From the NCBI RefSeq assembly GCF_040938485.1, contig NW_027271814.1:744001-800429 (forward strand): a stretch of DNA of 56,429 bases, written 5' to 3'. Positions 38,273 to 51,891 of the stretch are shown here, piece after piece. The notes beneath the pieces were generated by a model. That model had not been told where the DNA came from. It did no database searches and was given only the letters and a program-made list of their open reading frames with translations. This stretch comes from Diadema antillarum. Its lineage: Eukaryota. Positions within the stretch are counted from its first letter, which is position 1; each line of letters opens with the position of its first letter. The translations under genes were made by a program, and so were the position numbers.

Positions 38273-40414
38273 TGGGAAGGGGGAGGGCAAGGAGATATAA
38301 AAGATGGGACATGTTTAATACACTCAAGATTAAAAGTCATGAAAGTTTTCCCTGACAAATTTGTTCCTATATAACACATCTGAAACAATATTTTTCATAT
38401 GAATGATGGTGCATGCAGTGGAATCACATTGATATATAGTGATATAACTAAGGCACAGGCATGGCGGTCTACTGGGTAGGAGTAGAATTGTCAATTTTGC
38501 AAAGTTTGATTTGAGATCTGTACAAGTATGAGAGACAATCATAAAATAGACTGATCATGGTGTGTTGTAATATGTAATTGCATATATGTCTGGCTTCTTA
38601 AAGGATTAGTTCCATATGTTTCATGATAATTCTTTGCTTGAGGGTATTGGTAGGAGGGTTTTTATGCATATTACTTCGAGTACCACTGTGTATGAATATG
38701 TGGGTGGAGCCGCCCTCTTATCATACGCTCTGGCAGAATCTAGGCCTCGAGATGAAAACAGACTTCTTCGTTTTGGCCCAGGAGTCCTTATCCAGTGGGA
38801 GAAAATATGAGCCCGAAATGTGTGGGCTTAATCTACTGTACACTGTTCTCTGATTTGGAACTTTTGATGACGTAACAAAAGGCTTCTATATATATTGGGA
38901 ATTCGATCGATTTTTAGCATGCATACGTATATTGGGTGGATATCACTGATCTCTATGGAAGAACAAGATCGTTGGTGGAAATTAGCTGCTTGGCGGAGGT
39001 CTGCACTCTGAGAGTGCTTCTCTAGTCTCAGTAATGAGATGTGTAGAGACATGTTCAAAGGAAGGTGCCTTGTGGATCATAAATGTCGAGTAATTCCTCA
39101 TATGACTGCTACATTTACAATCTTGGCAATAGTTACCAGCAGTAACGATTAGTCTTGGGGTGCCAAGTCAATCTTGAGGGTGCATAGCTAGTTTTGCAAG
39201 TCAGTCTCCACTTTAGTCTGGCTTATGTCTTTGACAGTTTATTTCTGTACTGCTGCATTCTTTCTGATGCTCACTTGTGTCTTAGTGAAAACCAGGTATG
39301 ATTTTTGAACAACACCTGTGAATATATGTCCTCTTGACAATTTCTGTGAATTTCACAATGGTCTTGAAGGAGATGTTCAAAAATGTCACAGACAGACATC
39401 ACACAGACATCAGCAATTTTTCCTGTAAATAAACTTTTCCACTGTAAGGACGTCATTTGTCAGAATCATATGCCGTCATACTTGTAGACCATGTTTTGAT
39501 TTTTATGTACATTGAGTATTTACGGTGACCTTTTCTTTAATCTGTTTATGAAGCGGTGGGATTACAACGTATCAGCTGGTGATTGCAGAGTATAAACGGT
39601 CTGATGTTATGCTAGGATTGAACACTAAGGGAATCGGATTTGTCTTTTATTTGTCTTTTTACTATTTGGTCGTGCCATATCATAGCGTGATTTCTGAAAT
39701 GAATTGGGATACACCAGACATCTGTTGTCACTAACAAAGTTTAATCTGAAATGTCACTACCCCTCCCCCTCCCCCGTAATTGTCTGAGGCATTTGAGATG
39801 AGTACTGGACCTCAAGAGATTGAACAAAAGCCAGTCATATCTTCCCACAAGTTGCTGATGAAGCGGGGGTTCACAAGTTTTCCATTATGTAAGATGCAGG
39901 CTGCTCAACTGAATTTCAAGTTAATCAGACAGATCCACCTCCTCAGTTGGGAGAAAAATGAAAGAAAAAAAGAAGAAGAAGAAATTACATTTCTTGTATT
40001 GATAAATAGCTAAATATCTTGATTTGATGTAATGGCTGGTGTTTATGGAAATAGAATACGTGGGCTAAAGGTCAATTATTTATGTAGGCCCCTGACTTGA
40101 ATCTGTGCGTAATTGAATGTGGCACACTGAGCTCAGTATACTTAATCCATAATTCATCAATTCTGTAGCAGAAGTGGATATAAAGAAATTCTTGAAACTC
40201 TGAAAAGAAGAGCAGAATTAAAAACATGGACAACTCTGCTGTGTGGTTTGTTGTAAGTATCGCACTGGATTAGGCAAATTACAAGATGTGACATTGTACA
40301 TTAATTACGTGAATGGGGACTGCACGAATGTAGAAATTTCAAAGCACTGTCATTAGTGGTTCATGCCCATAGACTGCTATGATAACTGACAACACAGTAG
40401 TCATGCATGGCAGA

Positions 40415-40659
40415 TACTGTATACGCCGAATATTTGGCGAGGTATTTATTTTTGCGAATTTCGCGAGTCGGGTGCTATTCGCGAAATTAAAAGACATGCG
40501 AAAATATTGACTCTGATCCTGACGTGGATGTGACGTACGCGTGTACACTTCTCTGTTCAGTACAGGACTCCATGATTGCGAATTTAACCACTCGCAAAAT
40601 CGTCGGGAATTCCTGATTCGCGAAAATTTAGACTCGTGAAATATATGGCGAATACAATA
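40415..40659 (+). mobile_element. Tc1/mariner-like MITE, CpG-rich (relatively young)
   Basis: tactgtatacgccgaatatt...atatatggcgaatacaata TIRs, gcgaatttcgcg / ttcgcgaaa repeats. Confidence 0.8.
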
Positions 40660-42333
40660 CAGGGAACCATATAAAGAATATAACCAAGTGTCCTTTTTTA
40701 TCATTATCATTCATAAATAAAATAAATTTACCCACGTGAAATCTGGAAAATCCTAATTTCCTTGTATTTTTTGTATGAACTATCGGGTGTCCTGTTGCTG
40801 AATGTTGCAGGATGTTATTGTTAAAATGAGGGAAATGTTGAGTAATAACCATGAAATTAATGCTGATAGGTATGTACAGTTTAAGGAGAATTCTGGACCA
40901 GATAAAAATTAGTCTGAGGTGAAAGAGCACAATTTAACAAGTGCAATAGTGAAAATTTGATCAAAATCGGACAAGAAATGATTAAGTTGTGAAAATTAAA
41001 AGATTCCTTAATGCTTACAAAAACAGATCTTGAACGATTGATATGATTTCATGTATGCAATTGAATAAGCTCATGATATCATTGCCTTACTATTTTCCAT
41101 TGATTATGTGAAAAAAAGAGTTCAAAATTAAGATTTTGTAAGTGAAAAACAAAATGCTTTATCTGTATGTATTAATATTATAATGATTAGTATTTGTTTT
41201 CAATGTTATTTTCAGTTATTATCAGTGTCATGATTATTATTTATCATTATGATCGTTCATATTGTCATTTAGCTCTTGTTTGCAGTGGGTCATTGTAATC
41301 ATTAAAATATTACTCCTACTGTGTGAGTTTTATGACCACATACACACACACATGCACACACCCACACATACTCACACTTACTCACAGACACTAATGCGCA
41401 CACACATATTGTATATGTATACACATGTCTACACACTTCATCTCGTATGAGTATAGATCTGCCTGTAAGTGTGCAAATCTAGTGTACTGGTTAGAAACCA
41501 CCCACATGCCTCTCCGATAAGTAAATATTGGAATGATATCTTTGTTATTATTGGCTGGGGATGGCTGCAAATACAGATTGTTTATCTGAATTGGCCATGG
41601 ACCAATATTACTGGAGGCACAGAATTTGATTTAGATTACTTTTTTTTTTAATGTAAGTATTAATAGATTTGGATGGGGGAGAAAGAAAATGAAAATGTTA
41701 AGCCACAGATACACATTTGGGGGAATTAATTGAATAATGGCACATCTGAACAACTTTGACAGGAGTACATAAATAGAGATAATTTTTGTGTTTTATTGGG
41801 ATGGCTTCATGAGATCAGATTTTTTATCGATTCACAAGATGTTTCACATCTTGCCTGGTTAGCTGTGAGGGAAAACTCTTATCTATCATTGGTTGATTTC
41901 TTGGCAAACGTGATTTCTGTTTGCACTAGATATAAATACAGAGCTGTATTACAGGTGGATTATCTCAACCTGTTTGACAAGGGCAGGAAATGGAGACATT
42001 GAGAAGCAACATTTGTCTGAAGTTGAATATCAAAGACAAGAAAGCAGAATGATGATAAATGCTTATAAATGGAATTTGTCAATATCATGACTGAAAAGCA
42101 TTTTAATGCAGAATTCATCGCCTCATCTACAACTTACATAAGTATTTCACCACTATTGAAGTCTCATGAAAACATATCAAGCTTGTGAAAACTGTTTTTT
42201 TTTTTTTTTTTTTGGGGGGGGGTCTAATTTCTATGGAACCTGAACTTTCATGTTTGTTTCATTTTAGCCATTTTTAAATCATAGTTAACTTGAGTTTTTT
42301 TCCCCTTTAATAATCAATAAGTACAAGAATTTT

Positions 42334-42546
42334 TTATGCCTTTGCCACAAAGTGGTGCCGGACGCATTATGTTTTCGGGTTGTCCGTCCATCTGTCAGCA
42401 CACTTGTGACAAATTTGTCATTTTAATATTTTGCCAATTATGTGAAACTGTCATCACACCATGTCAAGACATTGTACTACAGACCTATTAGGATAACCAT
42501 GCATTATGGCAGAGGCATACCAGTCGCCATCGTGACATTTCTAGTT
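42334..42546 (+). mobile_element. Short (about 210 bp) HINE-like element
   Basis: subTIR ttatgcctttgcc / ggcagaggcata, gtccgtccatctgtc microsatellite remnant, same 3' end as the 19.5-kb element (ccagt.gc...g.gacatttctagtt). Confidence 0.75.
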
Positions 42547-42847
42547 ATGACATATTTTTAGGAATAAAACCTGCTTCTTGTCCAGTGTAAACTGAACCAA
42601 GTATAGAAATATACAAGGTATTTTAACAGGTGCTTGTGAATACATGATTTGTTTGTAAATGGAATAAAAGATGCTTCAAAAGTTTTTGCAATATACAATG
42701 TATTATCAACAGATTTGATAAATGAACCATACAAATTTGAAAACAAAGCAAGTTAAATATATGCAATGGAAACAAAATTTGTTGGATGGTAAAATGCACA
42801 TCTGTGCAAGTTTAAATGTACAAGTAAATCACAAACTCACACACTTA

Positions 42848-42853
<6 letters not shown>

Positions 42854-42885
<32 letters not shown>
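42854..42885. repeat. (CA)n microsatellite
   Basis: About 16 units. Confidence 0.9.
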
Positions 42886-42887
<2 letters not shown>

Positions 42888-43698
42888 TACATAGGTATTC
42901 GATAGAGAAAATGGTGAGTTCAAGTTTTAAGCAGTTTGTTCAAAAGGTACCTTTCAAAATGTCAAAACTGTGACTGTAAGGTGAGCCAGGAGTTCATGGC
43001 TGAAGTTTATGTGTAAAATTATTATGGAACAAGGGAAGATTGGAAGAAAAACAAGAAATGTGGTTATGTAAATTTATATTGTTTTGATACACGCATAGGA
43101 CTTTGTGATCTTTGGCTCTGAGCAGTTTGTTATGAATACACACTTATGCCTTGGGTGACCGTGAACTAAAAGTTTTCCAATGTCAGTAGAACAGGCGCCC
43201 TTAGGAGGTCAGTGGTATGCTTGTCATACAAATAAAGGGCAGATGATCAAAAATGAACATCCATAATGTTAGATAAGAGCACTGTATGTGTGTTGAAGTA
43301 AGCTGGCATTTAATGTCCCAGTTAAGGGTTGCGTGTCTGGAAGTATTTCATGGAAACCCTTCATTCAAGTCCCAGGCTTTCCTGAGAATGCTGGAAGAGC
43401 CACTTGGGTGCGCTTTATCAACTCTCTTCTGCCTCAGAATTAAGGTTTCCAAAGAACTTTCAGGGAGATTGGAGCAGTTAATAAATGCAAAGTTGTTTTA
43501 ATTATGGGGTTAAAAAGCATTATTCTGAAACGGAAAAAAAAAAGTGTGATTGCAAACATGTTTGAGCTAGAAACACATTTCTGTGGAGATGAGAAACGCA
43601 AAGTTGTTGTGAAATATAATGTTTATAGCTGGGACCTGGCCACACTAACCACTGCTATCTCTGCTTCTGGGATCAAACTGCGCAGTAGAGCTGTGCAG

Positions 43699-43791
43699 TT
43701 AACCGGTTGAGGATGGTTTCATTTTGCTACAACATGCATTTCCCTTAGACGGTTGCCCGAGTATACCTGGGACTCATCCTCAACGAGTTTT
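43699..43791 (-). mobile_element. Mini-MITE copy, reverse orientation
   Basis: ttaaccggttgaggatggtttcattttgctac...gcatttccc...cgagtatacc...tcctcaacgagtt. Confidence 0.75.
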
Positions 43792-45954
43792 AAAGTCCTC
43801 CCCCTCAACTCACGTAATAGAGAGGATAAATGCAACAACTTGAGAAACACGATTTGAAAGGTCTTTGCAAAACGCATTTTGATATTGGGTATTGAAATAT
43901 GTTTCAAATATATGGAAAGTTGATACACGTAACCATGGACTCTCATTAGAAATGTAAGCAGTGAGGTAGAAACTACATATTATCAGCGGCAGATTTCATG
44001 AATTCAGTTGATATGAAAGGTCGCAGGCAGTCTTTTTATGGGAAGTTTTGCCCACTCTAAAGGGAGCAGGTCATATGACACAGAGTTGTCATGTCATTTC
44101 AAAACTTGCTCATCATTGAGACCTTATACACTCAGCGAAAGCCTTTTATAATTTGTGAAAATGCATTAAAACATGTATCAAAATGTGTAGGCCTATTATA
44201 TGCTGATGAGCATTGTCAAAGAGTAATTAAAGATGCAGTGATGCTTGCTGAAAGTCCAGTCTGAAGGCAGGGTATGGGATGCCCATGATTACAGAAAGAG
44301 GTGTGTCCTAACCAAGAAAATGTAAATAGATTATGGCTAATGACCATTTTCTCTTTTTTTTGGGGGGGGGGGAGCGAGGGGGGACAGTGGTGAAATGAAA
44401 AATAGATCCCAAGGTAGATTTTTTTTAGAGAAGAATCTTAATTAAACCTGACTCAAGCCGGGAGTTCTTGTCTGTCCTCTCTGCTGTCGCATGGTAGCAG
44501 AGTTCATTAGCAAAGTTATCACCTTGGACACTCGCTACGAGTACAAATAGCTTCACGCAGACGTGGCATAGCAGCCTCGTTTGGCATTATTTGTCGGGTA
44601 GGGTTTAATTTCTGTGCCCACTCTCTCCGGGGGATCATCATTAATCAGTCGGTGAGTGACTGAACGTAAGAGACGAACAATACTTCTGTCCATTTTTATC
44701 GTGTCTGTTTCTTGCTTCTATTTATTCCCTCTTTCTTTTTCATTTCTTACGCCTTTTATGACGCTTAATCAGAGAGACAAATGCGGCACAAATGGCTCAT
44801 CGAGATGATCATCGATCAATTTTTTTTCCATACTCTATACCAGACAGAACACCTGGTTTTGCTTGTAGGCTATCACAATCATTTTCGATAAGTTCGCAAT
44901 TGATTTATTGAAGTTCAGTTATTCTTGAGAACCCAGCCTGCTGAGTAGACTTTTGTGAGATGGCGTACTGTCGTCGTCATCGACAACTCTCCTTCAAATG
45001 CCCTTCTTTCATTATAGATGCTCATTGCACTCTAGATATGTCAAGTATGAATGCAAGTTTAGACTTAGGGTAGGTACAAGTATATCTCCATAGGGAAGGG
45101 CATATCGCTGGCTGTCCAACAATTGTAACAGATATGACCTTTGCGTGACCCAGGGGAAGTTTCACTTCTCCTCTCAGATGGGTATGTTTAGAACCCTCCC
45201 CCTCCCCCCCCCCCCCCCCCCATTACCTTCCCCACTGGGATGCGTGATAAGAAGGGTGGGGGTGATGGTATTTTGACTATTTCTGGACTGCAGAGGGCAG
45301 CCTTAAAGGCAATGTGATTGAATGCTGTGGAGAGCTGGCAGAGTGATATTCCGTCTGTGGGGTTTCTATCTCACAGCATGTTTGTTGTGGCAACCGTGGA
45401 GTCCAGACTAATGCCCTGACAGTGCCACAGACAGCCGGTGTGATGCCAGCAGCTGATGCTGAGAATCAGCTGGCCGATAGTCTCACAATTCAGACCTTGA
45501 CTTTGCTGATTTTTTTTTTCTGATAACATCTTGTGGTTACAATGAGTTGATTAATTGCAATAGTGATGATGATAGCATGATAGTTATACAGTAGTAATTA
45601 TGATTATAATAATGATGATAATGCTGGTAATTCTAATGATAATGATGGTGATAATGGTGATGATAGTTCTATTAATCATAATGATAATGATTATGATAGT
45701 GATAGAAATGATTATTACAAGATAGTTATTGTTATTTTAGTGAAGTTAGTTTACAACTATATGTAGTAGGCCTGATGACCATGCTGATGTTGACAGTACG
45801 TAATAAGAACAATAGAAATGAAATGAGAATTGATATACACATGTACATGTATGTCAATTCTACTTGCATGCCAATGTTGAACTCTCTACCATATATATAG
45901 TCCTAATTCATACAGCTACAGTAAGAGAACAAGAAAAAAAATATCTTACTTAAA

Positions 45955-46032
45955 GTGGACTAGTGCCTTGGTGGGTCTTGAACCAAGGATCTTTCATTGT
46001 ACAGTTACCAAGACCACTAATTCTCTCACAGA
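45955..46032 (-). mobile_element. Possible decayed tRNA-derived SINE head
   Basis: Reverse complement has an A-box-like tagtggt and a B-box ggttcaagaccc at tRNA-like spacing. No intact cloverleaf. Confidence 0.3.
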
Positions 46033-46459
46033 TAAAAAGGGTTGATCCCTCTCATCAAGTGAATGTTTCCCTCTGAATGGAGCAGTAGATACAGTTCCCA
46101 TGTCAGCTGCTGATTTGAAGCAGCAGTGATTTCTGCTTTTGTCGGTGTATAATCAACAATAGGTACATTCACATAGACAAGATAACCGGATGTCTAAATA
46201 CCGAGATTTTTAGTACCGGTTCAGATGGACAAAAATAGATGATCGTGATAATTTGTCAACCAAACTGCACATGCCCGAAATCTCCCCAAATGGTGACCTT
46301 TGCCCTTGTGTTCGTGTGCTGCTGTGATGTGTGTTTTGAATGATGGGATTTAAAAAAAAAAAAAAAAATTAGGGATTATCTGTTCTAGCCTTCGCACACT
46401 CCCAGCAGTACAAATTATTGTGATAATTCTGAAATAATCAGAAGATTTCTTGGGACTAT

Positions 46460-46996
46460 GGCCGTGTTTATGCTTCCCTTTTTCGGGCCAGAATCAGCGT
46501 TTTGAAACGTGATTAGTGCAAAACGCTGTTGCGTTCATGCTCACTTCGACAGAAACGCTGATTCAAAACGCCGATCCAAAATGCACAAAAAGGTGCGTTT
46601 ACGATCGGCGTTTCTGACTAATCACGTTTGACGGGGAAGCATAAACGCAACAGCGTTTCTAAACGCGTTTAGAGTGACGTCATCTAAACGCCTTTCCGGT
46701 TCACGTGAAAAAGCGCGCACCTGGGCAGCCAGCTACCCTGGCCTGTGCAGTTTTCCCATGTACTGTGAACGCATGTCTTTCCCAGCTGCTCTCCCAGGCC
46801 AGGCCACCGATCGCAGCGCGCGCCCCAATTTGACCTGCCTCTGCTGAGGTCAGCGAAGCAATCGCAAACGCTCTTTCCAAGGCTCGAAGAAAGTGAGCAT
46901 AAACAGTGCTCCCGTGAACGGCGTTTTGAATCAGCGTTTTGAATCAGCGTTTCAAAACGCTGATTCTGCCTTCGCAAATTGAGCATAAACACACCC
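46460..46996. mobile_element. PIF/Harbinger-like MITE (about 537 bp) with internal TIR copy
   Basis: ggccgtgtttatgct...agcataaacacaccc termini, inner gggaagcataaacgc at about 46634-46648, many gaatcagcgtttt / aaaacgctgattc motifs. TSD unclear. Confidence 0.75.
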
Positions 46997-47414
46997 TTGG
47001 ATCGCAGTGGCACTTGTGCTATTCAGTGAGATTTTTATGTCCACACTGGCAAAAATCTTATAATGTGGGTCGCAATGCAGATCTGGAGATTTTTATCCTG
47101 CTCATTCACGTTAGTGTGAATCCCACAAATACCTGACAAATAGAGAAAGGGCACTCACTGCCTAGGAAGTGCTACCCACCAGTCACCTACTGACATCATT
47201 TCTTGTGCCAATGACTTCTTGTTCAAGTTTTGTCATGTGTGCATGTTTGTTTGTTTGTATGTTTTGATTTATTACTGTCTACCTGACAGTGTGGGGGAAG
47301 GTTTAGGGGGTACAGAACATGAACATTGCACAGCTACATTTATGCAGGTGGCTGTGAGTGTGAACCCAAAGAAAGACTTGTCTATGCAGTGCCCACAGCT
47401 GCTGTCTTGCTGTC

Positions 47415-47915
47415 ACTTTTCTGTATTGTCTTCAGACAAATTTTTGAGTTCAGATGCAGGTCAACACTGAAGTCATGGATCAAAGTTGCAGGTACATGAC
47501 TCAATTATCACAATCCTCCAGTGATTCCTTTTTTTTTTTTTTTGAGGGGTGCAATAAAATTGTGAATCTTACCCATGTCACTTTATTTGATCGTAGAAAG
47601 AAGGAAAACAAATGAAATTAAGGATACGTGTATCAATTTGAAAGAATATTAGGGGTCAATTTTCTTCATTGTCTGAAAAGACAAGTTCTTACGTTCAGAT
47701 GCAAGTCAACTCTGAAGTTATGGATCAATAATGAAAATCCTCCAGTATTTTTTTTTTTTTTTTTTTTTTGGAGGGGGAGGGGGTTGCAGTAAAATGTTTG
47801 TCTTACCCATCTTACTCTATGTGATTGTAAAAAGAGGGAAAACCAAAACTAGATTATTTAAGGATTTATACGTATATTATGTATTTATATTATATCAGTT
47901 TGAAAGTATACCAGG
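47415..47915. repeat. Old tandem duplication, about 245-bp period, 2 copies
   Basis: gttcagatgca.gtcaac.ctgaagt.atggatcaa...aatcctccagt...(T)n...tcttacccat occurs in both units, which start near 47436 and 47681. Confidence 0.75.
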
Positions 47916-49552
47916 GTCGTTATCAAGGAACAGAATGTCATATGCGCATTTGCACATAGGCCTACTTCTCTATATTAGCTGAAGATGACCTTGTGTGCAG
48001 TTCTAGTCACATATAAAGTCTCTTTTGATGGATGCTCTGTCATAGGTTGCTTTGGAGCTTTGAATATGTCACCTGTCAGTTTTCTGTAATCTGATCGCCT
48101 CATTTGCATCAAAGTTTCAAAGTGGGTGTCGCAGGTGCGAACTCCGTGGACAGATAGCTATCTCCGCTCACCACGGCGCACATATTGGGTCACGGTCCAT
48201 TTGCCGAAAGTATGTTAATGGGATTCATCTTTTGACGCCACGGATGGGCGAACTGCTGGGGCGAAAGTGATTATTTTGCCATCGCCGATGCATAAATCTT
48301 TCCCTCCCGTGGGCTCACGGATGATCTCTTTCCAGCATGCTCCGCCTATCGTCGCCTTTCAGGAGGCGGTTGGTCAAGATTCCTGACCGGATGCAGATGT
48401 CGGTCCACTCTTCCAGATTTTTCCATTATGTCATAAAAGTCTTGTGAACATCCAACCCAACCCCCATCCCCTTCCCCCCCCCCCCCCACAGAGCACACAG
48501 AACCTGCGATTGAGGATTCAGAATGTATAGATATGTGCATGTGTGTGTGTTTGTGTGTTGGTTTTTGTGGGGGGGGGGGACTCGGCAGATAATAAATGTT
48601 CATTATTAAACATAGTTTAAGAGTTAGGAAATGCTTCAAAACGAAGATTATTGTACTTGAAATGAGCAAGATGCATATCAATTCAGAACCAGACCAAATG
48701 TTTGTCTGTCATGTTAAAATGTTGCTTTTTTTTGGGGGGGGGGGGGAAAGGACTCTTCCATATGTTACTTCTGCCTAACCCTCCTTTGATCAGATCTTGT
48801 TTGCATGGGTGTGTTTGTCTGTGTGACTGTGCCTTTCTGTGATTGTTTAAGAAAAATTTACTTTTTGAAAAGATTTGTGAACTCTACTTGGATTTAAATG
48901 TCACAAGTGTTTGGATTAGACTCGTTTTATGTGTTGATAAGATTGTCTCTTGTAAAACAGGCCAGAGATGGAAAATAATGTGAGCAGCATGGGTGAGCAA
49001 CCCACGCTGGCTTTCCATGCAGATAATAGAAATGCAGCAGTAATCATAGAGTTATCATAGTCCCACGAGATCTAATCCAACCACAATATGTCTGTTATGA
49101 GTCCTAAGAGCAATTTCAGCCGTTGCTGATGATATTTTGAAGAAGAAAAGCAGATGAGATGCAGCACATTTCACAAGATAATGGTCATGGACTTCTTGTG
49201 CCTACTCTTTGGAACGACATGACAGCCATATTTTAGATCATTTGTATGCATTTACTGTTTCTCATTAGTGTAATCACCGATGAATAGCAACAGTGATTGC
49301 TGGTATTAAAGACTGACTCATATCTGCAAGTGCACACGCATACTATGTTGTTTTCTTTTGCTGCCTTTTAGTGATATACATGTATGCACCAATAAACATA
49401 ATGAGCATTACACAGATTCTGATCTTTAATTGCACCCATTGAAAATGCTAAACATCTTTCACCAGCCCATCCATTTGTCTCTGAGCTATGACCATTTTTG
49501 TTATTTTGTTTTCTGTGCAGTAAGTGGCATATAGGCATGACTCAACATAAAT

Positions 49553-49759
49553 AATGGCCTGGTGGCCCAGTGGCCAAGGGCCATTTAGAATTTATGTCGG
49601 GCCACCAAACTCCCAAAATGGTTATTGATGGCCTGATCAGGCAACTAAGATTCAGAATGTATTATTATTTCTTCCCTTATTTTTTGGCCACCAAAATTTC
49701 AAATGATTTTAGTGGCCGAAATGGGCCACCAGCCAAACAAATTAAAGTGTCGAGCCCTG
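49553..49759. mobile_element. hAT-like MITE fragment related to 23696-23880
   Basis: Ends gtgtcgagccctg, repeated ggcca(c) subterminal motifs, left TIR missing. Confidence 0.45.
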
Positions 49760-51699
49760 GCATACGGCAAGAAGTGTTAAGGTGTAGAAGACAATGCAAA
49801 CCAGAGTGGTAGTGCTGAAGTGTACTGTTCTGTGGTTCCTTTATTTTCTATATTTTATTGCCTGAATTGTCTGACATTAGGGCGTGAGAGTAAGTGGTAT
49901 GGAAGGATGGAATCAAACAACATAAAAATTGATCAAAACCTTCTGAAAAGAATTGAATGAATTGAATGAGCAGTAAGTCAATATTTAATCATATCATTCT
50001 GTCAGATCGGACAAATAACTTTAAGAGAACAGCATCCATTCATGTTTTCATCCAATTTGGATGATTATACGAATGGGAAAGATGACCGCGCTAACACCTT
50101 TGATGTGGTAAAATATCATATTTTGATTCGTAGGGTCATACATGTGTATGTGTACTCAAAGTCTGTCTTGTGTACATCTTATTAACAACCAGCCGCTCTC
50201 ATTTTCAAATTATCGTCTCCCCAGTGTAAGGGAGTTAATAGAGAGAGAGAAAAAAAAAATGTGCTTTGGACGTGTTGATGAGATTTACTTCCAAGCCCAC
50301 AGAAAACATATTTTAAGTAATGCTGTCATTCGCCAGCAGATTGCAATCCCAGGAGAGGCAGCCTCCCAATTTTCGGTCAACAAAAGCGGTGCAGTGTGGC
50401 GCTGTGAAAATCGTGTCTCAAGTGTCATTAGTGGTGGCCGGCGGCTACAACAGGCCGGGCCAGATCCGACGGTGATTGCTTCTCCCCGTTATCCCCCCCT
50501 GCCGGCGAATGATAATGATAATGTTTATATGATGCTGATAAAAAAAGTAGTCGAAGCCAAAGTAGGGAAGCATAAGGTACAGGTGTATGGATGGTGTAAT
50601 GAGGTGGAAGATTATCAGCTTTCATTTTGCCATTACCAAGGCAGGCTTTGATGTTGGGGTTAGGTCTCCTTGAGGAAAGTATCACACAAGGTCTGTTCAC
50701 TTGTACACAATTCAAAGCAGTCCTGTGAAGCCTCGGTAATTAGTGAGTTTTGTTCCTCAGATGATCAAGGATTTCAGTGAGCACTGAATTGATTAAAGAC
50801 AGTGCAGCATGGTATGTAGGCCTATGTAGTAATGTGTTTCTCCCATCCATGCATCATCATACCACATACAATTGTACCACGCTCCACAGGCTTGCTTTTT
50901 AGTAGGTTCCTTCATATTTCTTTAGCATTCATTCCCATATTCCAACTTTTAAAGATCGACCACTATGTTTTATACGTTTGCAGTATTCTATGTATGTCTC
51001 CTAGCTGGATATTATGTATAAGCCCTATTTCATTTTGTAATTTTTTGCCTCCTAGCTGGATATCATGTATTATTCAATTTTGTTACATTTGATGTATTTT
51101 TTATTATTCATTGAGAAATATGAATATAAATAAATGAAATGAAATGAAATGAAATCATACCATATTGTGCTTATTAATGAAACGTGCGCAATTATAACCA
51201 ATCAGAAGCAGCTACAGTGGCGGTGGTGGTGGTGGTGGGGGGATGGGGCTGCTCAGGTTAGTGAACCTGTGCTCTGTTGATAGCCGGCACATTCACCTCA
51301 CAAGAAGTGAGATTTCGGCTGATCAGAATGCATGCACAAAAATTGATGTTTAGACCGTGTCAAGTATCCACTCTTCAGGTTTTCTCACTCTGTTTGAATG
51401 CAAGTCCAGCCTTCTGTGTATTTGGAGTGCTGTCCAAAACCTGACTTTCTGGCATACGCAGGGCATACGTGTGAACGGGCCGGGAGGTACCATTGTCACC
51501 TGACTGAAAAATTCATTCACCCGTGGGAGGTTATTGCTGTCAGGGATTGTGAGATTTTTCTTGCCATTCTCATTTGCGAGAGTGGCTCAAGGGTACAAGC
51601 GGGATGTGAGATGGGTTCAGCTTTACTTCAGAGCCTTCTGTAAAACAATGTGCCTCGCTTTACATCCAAGGTGGGCGGCTTCGTTAGCTGATTCGGTAT

Positions 51700-51891
51700 T
51701 ACTGTAAAAGTGGATATTTTCGCGCGACTGATTTTTCGCACTCGGCCGATTAAGAAGAGTTTCACGTGTTTTCAATTCCACGGAATCAAGACATCAACTA
51801 CTGGAACTAATGGCAAGCAAAAATATCCGCGTGCTTTTATTTTTGCGCTATCTTCTGTTTTAGCACCGCGAAAATTTCCACTTTTACAGTG
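51700..51891. mobile_element. Tc1/mariner-like MITE
   Basis: tactgtaaaagtggatattttcgcg...cgcgaaaatttccacttttacagtg near-perfect 25-bp TIR. Confidence 0.8.

Noticed and set aside
39286-39295. 10-nt segment between ttag and CAG|gtatga
   Set aside because: Phase is incompatible with the flanking exons and the pyrimidine tract is weak. Expected by chance in 34 kb.
50142-50651. 169-aa ORF
   Set aside because: Spans a poly-A run and a GC island, has no domain similarity I recognise, and no exon-like boundaries.
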